37,975 nucleotides of DNA from Octopus bimaculoides (taxonomy: Eukaryota), in contig NC_068981.1 of NCBI RefSeq assembly GCF_001194135.2, positions 87,557,136 through 87,595,110 of the forward strand, given 5' to 3'. The translations under genes and the position numbers were made by a program. Shown here in pieces: positions 19,600 to 31,270 of this stretch. The stretch's first letter is position 1. The number at the start of each line of letters is the position of its first letter. Under the pieces are notes generated by a model, which was given only the letters and a program-made list of their open reading frames with translations, did not search any database and was not told the origin of the DNA.

Positions 19600-19920
19600 A
19601 GCCAACCATACATACAGGCATGTCTTTTATGGCCATCCCCCCACTCCCTTTCCCAGCTGAGAAGTCTTTGTCTTGCAGGTACTGGTGCCACATAAAATGC
19701 ATCTATGTTGATTCTATATAAAATGCACTCGTGCCAGTGCCACGTAGATGCACCAATGTCGGTGGCATGTAAAAAGCACCCAGCACACTGTAAAGTGGTT
19801 GGCATTAGGAAGGGCATCCATCCATAGAAATCATGCCAAAACAGACAATTGGAACCTGGGCAGCCCATGCCAGCATGGAAAACCGATGTAAAACGATGAT
19901 GAGGATTATGATGATGATGT
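19600..19920 (-). mobile_element. SINE-like family A copy
   Basis: Reverse-complement match to the family A head and body. Confidence 0.72.
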
Positions 19921-20210
19921 TAAGCAGGACTGTCTTAGTAGCATTATACTTATATTACCCAGGGAAATCAGTGCACTGGTCCTGTAGTATATATTTATTG
20001 ACAGCAAGCTACAACATGCATATATCATAATTGGGCCCCTGGGCAATTGCTCAATGTCTCTATGTCTTAAGATGACACTGAGGTTTAGAACATGAGGTCT
20101 TCATTTATCTTACAGCATTCCCATAGTCAATCTTCATCACTTAAATTGATATTTATAACAGGATTAGTTTATTGGAACAAACCTTGCATGTTTTAGAGGA
20201 ATGAAATACA

Positions 20211-20411
20211 TTCATCATCATCATCGTCGTTTAACGTCTGCTTTCTATGCTGGCATGGGTTGGACAGTTTGACTGAGGACTGGCAAGCCAGAAGGCTGTA
20301 CTAGGCTCCAATCTGATCTGGCAAGGTTTCTACAGTTGGATACCCTTCCTAACACCAACCACTCCAAGAGTGTAGTGAGTACTTTTTACGTGCCACCAGC
20401 ACAAGGGCCAG
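20211..20411 (+). mobile_element. SINE-like family A copy
   Basis: catcatcatcgtcgtttaacgtctgctttctatgctggcatgggttggac... Confidence 0.78.
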
Positions 20412-20537
20412 CTCTTTCTGGGTCTACCTCTTCCACAGGTTCCCTCTACTGCTAGGGTGTGACACTTTTACACACAGCTATCCTCATCCATATGCAACAC
20501 ATGACCATACCAGTGCAGCCATCTCTTTTGCACACCA
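20412..20537 (-). mobile_element. RTE LINE fragment (same family as 8004-8350)
   Basis: WYGHVLHMDEDSCV..GRGRPRK-like translation. Shares cacagctatcctcatcca with 8331-8348. Confidence 0.7.
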
Positions 20538-21448
20538 CATCGATGTTAAATATAAGAAACAAAAAAGTTCCATCAACAGAGGGGGAAAAAAAGGTTGTAT
20601 TTTTTAAAGGTAAACAACATTGCAGTCAGGACAAAATACTATGCAGAATTTTTCCAGCTTTATGTTCTGAGTTCAAATTCTACCAAGATCAACTTTGTCT
20701 TTCATCCTTTGCAGGTTGATAAGATATGTACCAGATGAACACTGAGATTGTTGTAGTTGATTAGCCACCCCCACTAAAATTTCAGGCTTTGTATCAATAG
20801 AAGAAAAGATATTTGCTTTGGTTCTCTGTGCTTTGGGTTCATATCCTGGTGAGGTCAATTTTGTCTTTCATCCTTTTGGGGACAATAAAAAGTATCAATC
20901 CAAGACAGTGCTAAACTGAACTGTTAGAGTGTTGGATGAGATGCTTTGCAGTATCTGTTTCAGCCTTTTGTATTCTGCAGACAACACTAGTGCCAAATTG
21001 TATTGACCTGAATCTGGAGGCCTTTCACTTGTACTTTGATATTGTGAAGAGAGGAGATTTTGTATAAATAGATTATAGACCACTGTGTTATTTTTTTTAA
21101 ATTCTTTCTGGTTTGTTTCCACTGAAATAAAATAAAAAACCCAAGCCAACACATTCAGATGCAGATAGAGGTCTCTAGCTATCAAACTGAATTACCATCC
21201 CAAATTATATTTCTACAGCTAATTCTACACCATAATCATATTTAGTATTTCTCAGAACAACAGCTAGTCAAGTTGTTAGAGTAGAGACCTACTGGCCAAG
21301 ATGTGTATGTTTTGTGTCCTATGATTTTTACTGTGCTATGTACCAAAGTTAGGTATAATTGATACTTCAAGCAATAGGAGCATTGTATTCTCAACAAATG
21401 TTTTTAGCATTTAATACTAATTCAAATCTACTTATTAAAAATACACTG

Positions 21449-21919
21449 TAACCTTTTAGCATTTAAACCAGCCCTATCCAGCTATGATGGGCAGGTCATG
21501 TTGCAAGATTTGCAAACAATTGGTGGACCCATGCAGTTGTTGAGTGGTACCTGTGTGAGTGGAAGACCACTCAGAAGACCTTCAGTCAGGTGGGAAGATG
21601 ATTTAAGAAAAATGTTTGGGCAACATGGAGGAGAATGGCAAGAGCACAAGGGGAATGGAGCAAATGCTGTGGCCAGTGGAGCTGACTGAGTACCAGACAG
21701 CCTGGCCGATCCAGGTGATATCCTTCCCAAATATTCTATCTGTTTTATGTTTAAGCCAGCCAAATCTGACCTCTCACATCTACCCAACAATATCATTCTA
21801 AAAATAAACAATTACACCATTGAAATATCGAAACTATGAGATAATGCATAATTAATTCAAAACAATGTGAATAACATAACATTATATTTGACAGAGTAAT
21901 ATGAATGCTAAAGGGTTAA
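21449..21919 (+). mobile_element. Second copy of the piggyBac-type MITE, split by an insertion at about 21484-21690
   Basis: Ends taaccttttagcatt and aatgctaaagggttaa. Internal sequence is similar to 30249-30466. Confidence 0.75.
21484..21690 (+). mobile_element. RTE-like 3' fragment nested in a MITE
   Basis: ORF 21498-21689 contains GRPLRRPSVRWEDDL, resembling the RTE C-terminal GRP..RW.D motif. Confidence 0.55.
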
Positions 21920-21944
21920 AATATATACTGACCCCTATCCAGGA

Positions 21945-23266
21945 AGAGAGATGTCTTTCAACTGCTTAAGGAATGGGAAATCAATTAAGCTGCAATGTAT
22001 ATTAACACATCATCATCATCATCGTTTAACGTCCGCTTTCCATGCTAGCATGGGTTGGACGATTTGACTGAGGACTGGTGAAACCGGATGGCAACACCAG
22101 GCTCCAGTCTGATTTGGCAGAGTTTCTACAGCTGGATGCCCTTCCTAACGCCAACCACTCAGAGAGTGTAGTGGGTGCTTTTACGTGTCACCCGCACGAA
22201 AAAGTAACAAATAAACTGCTTCTATTTCAAATGTAGTGTTCAATGCACATCTAATTGAAATGTTATATCTAATTGAAATGCTGTAAATCTTGTTTTCTAT
22301 AACTGAACTGAACCATGCTCTTAACACACATTTTATGTGACATACAGAGAGAGAGAGAGAATTTTTCATCAGTAAAAGTAGGAGTTCCTTAAAGTTCCAA
22401 CCACTTAAAACACTTAACATATTTCCAGTTGCCTACATTACTAACAAACCAAGAGGAATTTTAATAAAGGACACAGTGACTCCAATACAATCCTACCAAA
22501 CAGGAAGAAGAACCTTTTTTGCATGGCGGTCCTTTTGGGGTTGTGGTTTAGCTTGTTCTCCACAACTAAGCCATTACCTGCACCACTTAACATTTTCATA
22601 AAAAAATCCAATCCATTTTTCATCACCAGTCCCTAATCTGTCCAAAAATAGTGAGATATGTTCACAAGAGTGAAGAGATGAGCAGATGTTCACTAGTGAT
22701 TTTCGGTTAGATTCTCTTAAATCATGGGAACCCATTTTCCAAGTTTGGGCACCTTTCCAAGCTGCTGAAGATGGCAGTGAACAGTTGAATGACTTGAACT
22801 GAGCTTACTCTCCAATTCTTCAACTAACGCAGCATAATATTTCTCAAACTCTGACAAAAGAAACTCCTCATCAAATTCGACAGGGTTTTCTATTCATGGC
22901 CTCTCTCGTAGGCCAAAATTATCATTTTTTAACTTTTCAAACCATCTTCTGCAACTTCTTTAATTCAAGCACTCTTCCTAACAAGCAGAATGAATATTTC
23001 AGGTTGGTTCTACTGCACTGTTTCCCTTTTTAAACTCATAAAAGCATTATGTGCCTTAAATGTTCCTTTGATATGTCCATCTTTGAGGAGTTAATATTAG
23101 TAATTAATTCAGTCAGATTATTCTACAAAAAGAAATTATATTAAGTTAGAGGTTTCCAAATTCATATGAGTATCAGTCAATACCATCTGACACTTTAGAA
23201 TACTGTAAAATTTGATACAAATTACATATAGGATATTTCAGACATTATTTATGGGATGACCTTATA
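21945..23266 (-). mobile_element. Older degraded mariner copy of a related family, interrupted by a SINE at 22009-22200
   Basis: TIR remnant ttatgggatgacc at about 23250-23262. Minus-strand peptides YEFKKGNSA and GTGDEKW resemble the mariner N-terminal and first-catalytic-D regions. Boundaries are approximate. Confidence 0.7.
22009..22200 (+). mobile_element. SINE-like family A copy (young, CpG-intact)
   Basis: catcatcgtttaacgtccgctttccatgctagcatgggttggacg...gcttttacgtg. Confidence 0.8.
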
Positions 23267-23376
23267 TCAACAGTAATGTGTTTCAAGATTTTTTTAACTA
23301 TTGTTTGTTTCTTTTTTTTTAGCCATGTCATAATATATTAGTACCTGTTGTAGTGATTGACCAATATGACACAAAT

Positions 23377-23465
23377 ATGGAGTTAATGGTCCGGACTCAT
23401 CATTTGTCTAGATATATGAGACACTCTTGTCTAAAAGTTATTCGCAATGGACAAATTTTACACAG
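23377..23465 (+). CDS. COQ10: COQ10 first coding exon (MELMVRTHHLSRYMRHSCLKVIRNGQILH-R; putative mitochondrial presequence)
   Basis: Exon bounded by acceptor ttttttttttAG (23322) and donor AG|gtaaaa (23466). Frame is open from 23323 and joins the next exon in phase 2 (AG|G = Arg). The peptide is Arg/His-rich and nearly free of acidic residues, as expected of a transit peptide. The start codon choice is inferred. Confidence 0.7.
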
Positions 23466-23539
23466 GTAAAAGAAGTATAATTAACACATTTTTTCTTTTA
23501 AACTGGAGTGTGAGCTCAGACCAATTTAAGAATTAATAG

Positions 23540-24000
23540 CATTGCCTGACTGACACCCGTGCCAGTGGAACGTTAAAAGCACCATCCGAGCGTGATCGTT
23601 GCCATGGCCACTGACTGGCTCCCATGCCAGTGGCACATAAAAAGCACCATTCGAGCATGATCATTACTAGCATTGCCTTACTAGCACTTCTGCTGGTGGC
23701 ACGTGAAAAACAACATTCGAGCGAGGTCGTTGCCAGTGCCACAGGACTGGCTCCTGTGCAGGTGGCACATAAAAAACACCATTTTAGCGTGGCCGTCACC
23801 AGTACTGCCTGACTGGCCCTCGTGCCAGTGGCACGTAAAAGCACCCACTGCACTCTCAGAGTGGTTGGCGTTAGGAAGAGCATCCAGCTGTAGAAACTCT
23901 GCCAGATTAGATTGGAGCCTGGTGCAGCCATCTGGCTCACCAGTCCAACTCATGCCAGCATGGAAAGCGGACGTTAAACAATGATGATGATGATGATGAT
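23540..24000 (-). mobile_element. SINE-like family A copy with an internal ~60-bp tandem array, in the COQ10 intron 23466-24397
   Basis: Family A head on the minus strand plus about 5 repeats of gccagtggcacrtaaaaagcacc...cgagcgtg. Confidence 0.82.
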
Positions 24001-24397
24001 AATAATAATAACATGAAGCATGACACTTTGTACTGTTAATTTTTTTTTCCTGTATTTGCATTTCATTTCTTAAGAATATATAATATATTTCAACAGCAAC
24101 CACTTATGATTTGAATAACGTTATTGAGGTGTCAATCTCCATTCAGTTTGTAGTTATTTTCTAAGTTTTTCTAAAATTCAGCATATTTTCTAAATAGATT
24201 ATAGTCTCTCTTGTAATTTTCAATCAAATATCATTTCCTCTTTAACTATTAAACATCCTAGTGAAAACTATATAGAATTTACCAATTACAACAGACATAA
24301 TCTCATCATTTGTTTTATGTGTGTTTCTACTTCTCAGTTTCAGTATAAAGACATAACAATGTAATTTATAATGTATTGATATTTTATTTAAACCTAG

Positions 24398-24484
24398 GCC
24401 ATGGAGACAAGAAAAAAGAGAACTGTTTACATTGCCAAATTTCAACAATAGACGAAAGGAATATTCTGAACGAAGACTTCTTGG
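24398..24484 (+). CDS. COQ10: COQ10 coding exon 2 (PWRQEKRELFTLPNFNNRRKEYSERRLLG)
   Basis: Acceptor aacctAG at 24397. Encodes the KEYSERRLLG motif typical of the start of the COQ10 START-like domain. Ends at a GC donor (GG|gcaagt). Confidence 0.9.
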
Positions 24485-26020
24485 GCAAGTAATATGTTTA
24501 TTTTAAATTAGAATCTAGAAAATTTTTTGTTGGATAATTTTTACAATTTTGATGTGAATATCACAAATGCTAAATATTTTAATTCAGTTTCATGAAAACA
24601 TTTGATGTCCTCAGAGCATATACTGTAGATGAATGACCAATAAAAGCTTTCCCAACTTATTTTGAAATTAATGCTGTTAGCACATACACATCTACAGAGC
24701 TATACATGTTCTAACAAATTCTTTTCTTGTAACTAATAAAATCATTTTCCTTCAGATTTCCCTCTTGTAGTTCATTATTTAAAATGCTATGAAAAGATGA
24801 AATAAATTTTATCTTCTTTGAAAGGTAAAATTTAGTCCATCTTTTCCTCACGGGAGGAAAATCTGAAAGAAAAGGTTACTTCTATCATAGATAAAAGCTT
24901 TAAGTCTAATAGATATTTAAGATTCTGAGTAGAAGTTATAGTTTTCATTCCCTACCAGTGAAACTGTCATGTTCAGGGTTAATAAAGTGATTAAAGAAAT
25001 GAAGGCAGTGTAGCAACAACTCCAACAGGAATAGTTGCTGAGATGCTGAAGGCTTAAGGCTAGTTAGTTATTTAGTTAAATCAAGTAGTACAGAAATGTT
25101 CTATCCCCTAAAGACTGGCATAGCTGTATCATTAATAGCTACAAGGACAAAGGAGAGGCATTGCTGAGGTGCATTTTCAAAAGCTTAAAATTGAAGTCGT
25201 GAGAAGATTTTAGTAAAATTAGTTTGGGATAGGATTAATGTGGATAAGATATTGTTTGTGTTTTTCTCTAAGGAATGGAACAACAGCTTAACACTGCATT
25301 TGTCCCTCTAGGATAGCTTTTGATAGCCTCTTACTTTGTAATCTGTTGGATGATAGGGAAACTAGGTGTAAATGAAGTGAATGGACTGTGAGAGTTATGC
25401 ATTCCATGTACAGGTATGCTGTAAGCAACAGATTTAGTATGGAATCTAACATACAAGCAGGGGGTCTAGTAGGTCTCTATCCTCAACTTTCTTTTCTTTA
25501 TTGTCCTTATGTTCAAGGACTATAGTAAATAAGGATTGTTTGATGCTGGGAGCCTTTATATGTTCAGGACTTGACTCTGTTGATGAATTTCAGGTTTCCT
25601 TATGACATTATCTAGAATTTAAAACCTAAAGGTTAAAATTGCAAAGATCAGAATGCTCAGTAGTAAGAGAGTGCATGAACTCCTAGTGCTACTTGAGAAG
25701 TGAACCAAGAGAAAAGCTGGACATTGAAAGCATCAGCTGAAATGCACAGAAGTGACTGTGCTAGACATTTGATGATGAGCAATATTTTCCAAACAATAGT
25801 AACATGGAAAAATAGATGTGAATAATGACTTATTTTAAATGGTGAGATTAAGACTGTTGCCAGGCAATTTAAATTTAAATTACACATCTACAATAGACTT
25901 TTCCTTTTGATTTATCTTAAAAATAACATATATTTCTTCAAAATAACTTTAAGTTATATCACTAGTTTATGTAAGATAATTTTAATTCTTTTAAAAACAC
26001 TTATTTAAAATTATTTTGTA

Positions 26021-26230
26021 ATCATCATCAGTTAACATCCGTCCTCTCTGTTGGCATGGTTTGGAGGTCTGCTTTGGGCTCTAGTGTTTATTTTGGCATG
26101 GTTTCTATAGCTGGATGGCCTTTCCTAATACCAACTACTATGGAGTGTACTGGGTGCTGTTTTTTTTTTTCATGACATAAACACTAGTAAGATTGCCAAG
26201 TAATTCACAAGACAAAGAAAAGAACTTGAT
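26021..26230 (+). mobile_element. SINE-like family A copy, degraded
   Basis: catcatcagttaacatccgtcctctctgttggcatgg...gctggatggcctttcctaataccaac. Confidence 0.6.
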
Positions 26231-26350
26231 CAAGTGAAGGTGTAATAGAGAAGGAAATGGTTTTATTCCAGGTATTAAGAGGCGAAAGTATGGTAGATGG
26301 ACAAGCACATGAGTTTTGCTATAGAAGAGGTACATAGCTATCCTGCATTA

Positions 26351-27596
26351 TATTGGGTCATCCCATAAATAATGCGGTTTTTTCAATTGCATGAACTAAA
26401 AGTCAGAGGGAGATGGGATAAACCACCCACATCAACTTGTTATAAAAGCAGGTAGTAATCTTACCTTGTGCTTATTCTTAGTGCAACTTTTGAAGATTCG
26501 ATTTTAACAGTTATGTTTTCAAAGCTATAATAGAAGTAACAAAGGAGCATATTCGGCATATTTTGTTTTATGAAGGCAATGGAAAGTGCAAGGAATATTA
26601 ATTCAGTATATGGGGATTGGACAATAAGTATAAGCCAGTGTCAACTGTGGTTCCAGAAATTCCGAGCCAGAAACTACAGCCTAGAAGATGATCCTTGTCC
26701 TGGAAGATCTGTAGAGCTCAACTAGGACGCCCTGCAAACCCTGATGGTACAAAATTCCATTGTAACTGTTGAGGAACTAGCAGAGAAGTTTGGATTTGGT
26801 CATTCAACTATGCATTGACACCTGTGTGCCATCAGAAAAGTCAACAAATTGGGTCAGTGTGTTCCTTACAAACTTTCCACATCTAATTGCATTCGGAGGG
26901 TGAATGTGTGCTCTTCTTTGCTGTCACGTCTCACGAATGAACCTTTTTTTGACCAAATAGTGACTGGTGATGAGAACTTGGTTCTCTATAAAAATGTCAA
27001 GTACTGAAGACAGTGGGTAGGGAAAGAGAAACACTGGTACCCCAGGCTAGAGAAGGTCTTCACCCACGTAAGGTGTTGTTATCTGTTTGGTGGGATATAG
27101 AAGGTTTAGTCCACTTTGAACTTTTAAACCCCAACCAAATGATAACAAAGATCTACTGCAAGTAGCTTGAGAGGCTTAAGTCAGCACTAGAAGAGAAACG
27201 ACCATCTTTGGTTTCAACACAAAAGGTGTTCTTCCATCAGGATAATGTTCGGCCACATACAGCGAGGATGACATTCCAAAGGCTGGAGCAGTTTGAATGG
27301 GAAACAATGCCCCACCCACTGTATTCGCCAGACATTGCCCCATCTGATTATCATTTATTCTGCAGTCTTCAAAATCATTTGGACAGAAAAATAAATTCTG
27401 TGGACAAGGTCAGAACAGTACTGGAGGAGTATTTTTCATCACAGACAGGTGAATTTTGGAAGAGGGGCCTTGCAAGTCTACCAGATAGATAGAAGAGAAT
27501 TGTAAAGTATATTTTAGATTTAAAAAGAACTTTATCTTAATTTTGAAAAATAAAAGAAGTATAAAAAAACTGCACTGTTTATGGGATGACCCAGTA
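26351..27596 (+). mobile_element. Full-length (1246 bp) mariner DNA transposon, inactive, in the COQ10 intron 24485-28246
   Basis: About 33-bp TIRs (TATTGGGTCATCCCATAAATAATGCGGTTTTTT and its near-complement ending 27596), TA on both flanks, transposase remnant inside. Confidence 0.95.
26529..27492 (+). pseudogene. Mariner D,D34D transposase pseudogene
   Basis: Motifs EHIRHIL, WFQKFR, IVTGDE, VWWD, HQDN.RPH and HPLYSPDIAPSDYHLF. Start codon mutated to ATA, with in-frame stops and frameshifts. Confidence 0.92.
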
Positions 27597-28246
27597 TAAG
27601 GGTGGGTGGGAGTAGCTTGAAAGAAGACAGTGTGTGACTATGTGTCTGAGAGTACTCTCAAAGTACAAGATAAGTATAAGAGAATATGGACAAAGAATTG
27701 AGAAAGGTGGGTGGATAAGTATGTAGAGTGTGACACATGGTTAGAGAAGGTCATATAAGTAAATACAGTTAATGGATGGCTAGACACAAACCAAATTTTG
27801 TTAGGGAGAGATGTATTTGACTTGGCTACCTAAAATTGTTGGTTATTTAATGAAATGCTTGTGTATTCAAAAACAAAGTTTACTTTGTGATGATTTCATT
27901 TCCACACAAAGTAAGTTGAATATATTTTTGAAATTGCATTCATAGCATCCTTCCAGTAACCTGGTTAGCTCTATTGCTTTACTTCTTTCAGCACTAATAG
28001 ACCAATAGAATAATTACTAAAATAGTATTAGTATTATTTATATTGATTTTTAACATTGGCACATTGGAACTCACCTTGTTAAACCCCAAAGAATGAAAGG
28101 CAAAGTTAACCCTGATAGTTATTAGGCTCAGAATGCAGAAGATCAGAACTAAATACTATAAAGCATTTAGTGTAACATTTCAATACTTCTGCTGCCCAAC
28201 AGGAAAACTGATGCAGAAAGTCATAGCTTCTTGGTTTCTTTTGCAG

Positions 28247-28439
28247 CTATTCAATGGAGCAAATATTCACAGTTGTAGCAGATGTTGAAAGGTATCCTGA
28301 GTTTGTTCCTTGGTGTACAAAGGCCGTTATATTTCATAGGCTGCCAAACCACTTTAAAGCAAAATTACAGATTGGTTTTCCTCCACTTATAGAGCAGTAT
28401 ACATCTGTAGTGACTTTAGCTAAGCCACATTTAGTGAAG
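28247..28439 (+). CDS. COQ10: COQ10 coding exon 3 (YSMEQIFTVVADVERYPEFVPWC...GFPPLIEQYTSVVTLAKPHLVK)
   Basis: Acceptor tttcttttgcAG (28246), donor AAG|gtatgt (28440). Contains the hallmark COQ10/RatA motifs V.DV..Y.EFVPWC and GFPP..E.YTS.V. Confidence 0.97.
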
Positions 28440-29320
28440 GTATGTTTATATTCAATAATTTTAATGTAATACTTGTTTTACAGAAAAATAGTTTTGCTTA
28501 TAAAAAGGTTTTGCACATTGTATAAAACGTATTTACTTAAATTAAAATTTCAATAAAAATTTTAAACTCATTAATAATTTTCTAACCTGAAAATGGGTTT
28601 ACATATTTTATTCTTAAAGAGATGTGTATCTTTTACTTTTTCACTAAATTTCATTTGCTTTGATATACTTCTACCTTTGTGATATATTCTCAAAACCTTA
28701 TCTAATTCACATTCTCCATTCTCAGAGTGAGAATGCAAAACCAATTGAAATTAGTTTAAGACATGAAAGCACAAAATACAGAGAAAATGGAAATATTTTT
28801 GCAAAATCATATTTGCTGTACAACTCATTCAAATATGACATAAAAGCTTATAACATAAACATTGTGAATTTTAAGCTTCTGAAATTCCTTGACTGTGTAT
28901 ATTGAGTTCTTGATATAATCCTTAATTCAAGTGTTAACTCTTTAAAAACTCAAGTAGAAAGTCAATTACTAAGATTGGGACATTGAAAACAACCATCTAA
29001 AATTTAAATATCTGATTGTGTTACTATTCCTGATTCAACAATTCTAATGAACCAATTATTCTTAATTATCTCCCTTACTTCAGCATGTCTACTTCTATCA
29101 AATATCTTCTTGAAGTGAAAACACAAGATATGCTGCTTACTCTTTCTGTTGATAGTTTTAAACTCCATCTATGATTATTTAAATTTGAATGTATATTTAC
29201 TGTACCTCTAAACTAAATTAGAGCTTAAGTTCATTTTAAGATAAGTATGCAGCATTATAATATCTTTAATAAAATGCTTCAATTTGCAAGAATTAATAAA
29301 TTTCACATTTATTATTTCAG

Positions 29321-29422
29321 TCTGAATGCACAAATGGCAAGCTATTTAATTTATTGGAAACAACATGGCGATTTAGACCCGGTTTACCAAATAACGAAAA
29401 CACTTGTGTACTTGACTTTGCA
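29321..29422 (+). CDS. COQ10: COQ10 coding exon 4 (SECTNGKLFNLLETTWRFRPGLPNNENTCVLDFA)
   Basis: Acceptor attatttcAG (29320), donor GCA|gttagt (29423). 102 nt, phase 0/0. Contains the C..G.LF..L...W.F.PG motif. Confidence 0.95.
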
Positions 29423-29693
29423 GTTAGTATTCAAAAAGATTGATGCTTTTATGAACATTTTTGTAAAATTTCAGTCACACAGATAGTATACATCTTTAAT
29501 TTCTTAATAACTAGCATTACTCTTCAATATTTTTACCAGCTTCTTTTCATATTAGTATACTTTTCATATTTATCGTTGTTCATATACAGATTTAAAATAG
29601 TATCTAGTTAGCAATTTAAATTTGTTCCAAATATTTTTTTCAATTTTTAAATGAAACTAACTTATATGTTAATTTCCTTCTGCTTTTCTGTAG

Positions 29694-29858
29694 GTGGCTT
29701 TTGAATTCCGATCAGCATTACACTCTCAGCTGTCAACATTGTTTTTTGATGAAGTGGTCAAGCAAATGGTGAAATCTTTTCTTAAAAGAACAAAAAGTAT
29801 CTATGGACCAGAATGTATCAAAAGTCAAAACCCTAAAATAATCAAATATGTATCTTGA
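29694..29858 (+). CDS. COQ10: COQ10 terminal coding exon ([39 protein letters not shown]...KYVS*)
   Basis: Acceptor ttttctgtAG (29693). Contains the FEFRS.LHS.L...FFDEVV..MV.AF..R....YGP-type motif. Stop TGA at 29856-29858. Confidence 0.95.
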   Translation: MAFEFRSALHSQLSTLFFDEVVKQMVKSFLKRTKSIYGPECIKSQNPKIIKYVS

Positions 29859-29890
29859 CACAAGTAATTTTCTATGCTGAATGAATTAAT

Positions 29891-30082
29891 ATTAAATATT
29901 TATTCTATTATCACCAAAATATGAAAATGTATTCAAAAAAACTTCTTTCTGCTGCACTGCTAATAAGGCTTTTAGTATATTTATAGAATTGATCTAAAAA
30001 CGAGTTTAGTATATTGGAAATTATATTGAAACAATTTTTAGGAGAGCTTTTCATATTCATGCAATATCTTGAGATTAATAAA
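29891..30082 (+). terminator. Candidate COQ10 polyadenylation signals (ATTAAA 29891-29896; AATAAA 30077-30082)
   Basis: Canonical hexamers downstream of the stop codon. The sequence is AT-rich, so chance matches are possible. Confidence 0.4.
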
Positions 30083-30248
30083 TTGCATTTCTCTCTCTCA
30101 CACACACACACTAAATGTGAAATTCACTTTTGCATAAAAGAAAGTACACAATACTGTTAGGCACCATAGAATAATATTTATTCAAAGCCAAGTATATGTG
30201 GGTTGTTACTTGAAGATTTTATTCCTGATCCTCAAGCAAGTGTAATAT

Positions 30249-30466
30249 TTAACCCTTTAGCATTTTCAACCAGTCATATCTAGCCAAAATATTCTACCTG
30301 TTTTATGTTTAAACCGGCCAGATATGGCCTCTCATACTAACCCTACAATATCATTTTAAAAATTACCAGCTACCTCGTCAAAATCTCAAAGCTACAAAAT
30401 AATTCAAAATGATATGAATTAATAAGCATTACTTTTGACAGAATAATGTGAATGCTAAAGGGTTAA
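30249..30466 (+). mobile_element. piggyBac-type MITE (218 bp including flanking TTAA)
   Basis: TTAA-CCCTTTAGCATT ... AATGCTAAAGGG-TTAA: TTAA target site plus 12-bp TIRs with CCC/GGG termini. Confidence 0.85.
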
Positions 30467-30929
30467 AGACTGCTTCTCTATACACTCAGTTGGGATTACC
30501 ATGTAATTCTAAATAACAACTTGGCAGGAATTAATAGATTCTGTATATTGGAATATATCAATGTGCAGAAAAGTATAAAACATTCTATAGGAAGCTTTTA
30601 CAGATGAAATGAATACAATAAAATTTCTCATGTAAAATTCTTAAAATGACCCCGGTGGCAAACCTATCAATACACAAGATTATAAAATCTAGTGAATGGT
30701 AAAAAAGATAAATGGTAGTAGTCTTTGGTTGTAAGGAGGATTTTTGAATTTTGGTTTTATTTTTTTTACACTAAGGAAGATATGTAAAGAATTTGTGCCA
30801 ATGTGATAAAGTTTAAGCTTTGAGTTGTAAATAATTTTGCGTTGTTTGTTTGATTCTATTATCTATGTATTTCAGCTGAAATGGTTGTTATTTCTTCGTT
30901 CTTTCTATGTATTTTTTACTTGTTTTGGT

Positions 30930-31270
30930 TGTTAGACTGCGGCCATGCTTGGGCACTACCTTGGAGAATTTTTTAGTCAAATGAATCAACTCCAGTGCCT
31001 TTTATTAAGCCTGGTACTTATTCTGTTGGTGTAAACATACCATCACCAGTTGTCAGGTGGTGGTTGGGGACAAACAAAGACACACACACGTAGATATATT
31101 TATATATGAAAGGCTTCTTTCAGTTTCTGTCTACGAAATCCACTCACAGGATTTTGGTCCGCCTGAGGATATAGTAGAAGACACTTGCCCAAGGTGTCAT
31201 GCAGTGGAACTGAACCCGGAACTATGTGGTTGAGAAGCAAGCTTCTTTCCTACACAGCCACATCTGTGCC
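30930..31270 (-). mobile_element. SINE-like family C copy
   Basis: gactgcggccatgct.ggcac...aggcttctttcagtttc.gtctac.aaatccactcaca...cacagccac. Confidence 0.78.

Noticed and set aside
23555-23850. Regularly spaced repeats resembling a CRISPR array
   Set aside because: Eukaryotic context, spacers are homologous to each other, units are degenerate and there are no cas genes. It is a SINE-internal minisatellite.
23533-24103. Overlapping ORFs of 62-140 aa (also 32136-32557 and 19581-20030)
   Set aside because: These are stop-poor tandem repeats inside SINE family A, repeated at several loci.
28254-28469. ORF-track 71-aa ORF as a complete gene
   Set aside because: It is COQ10 exon 3 read through into the intron. 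The true exon is 28247-28439.
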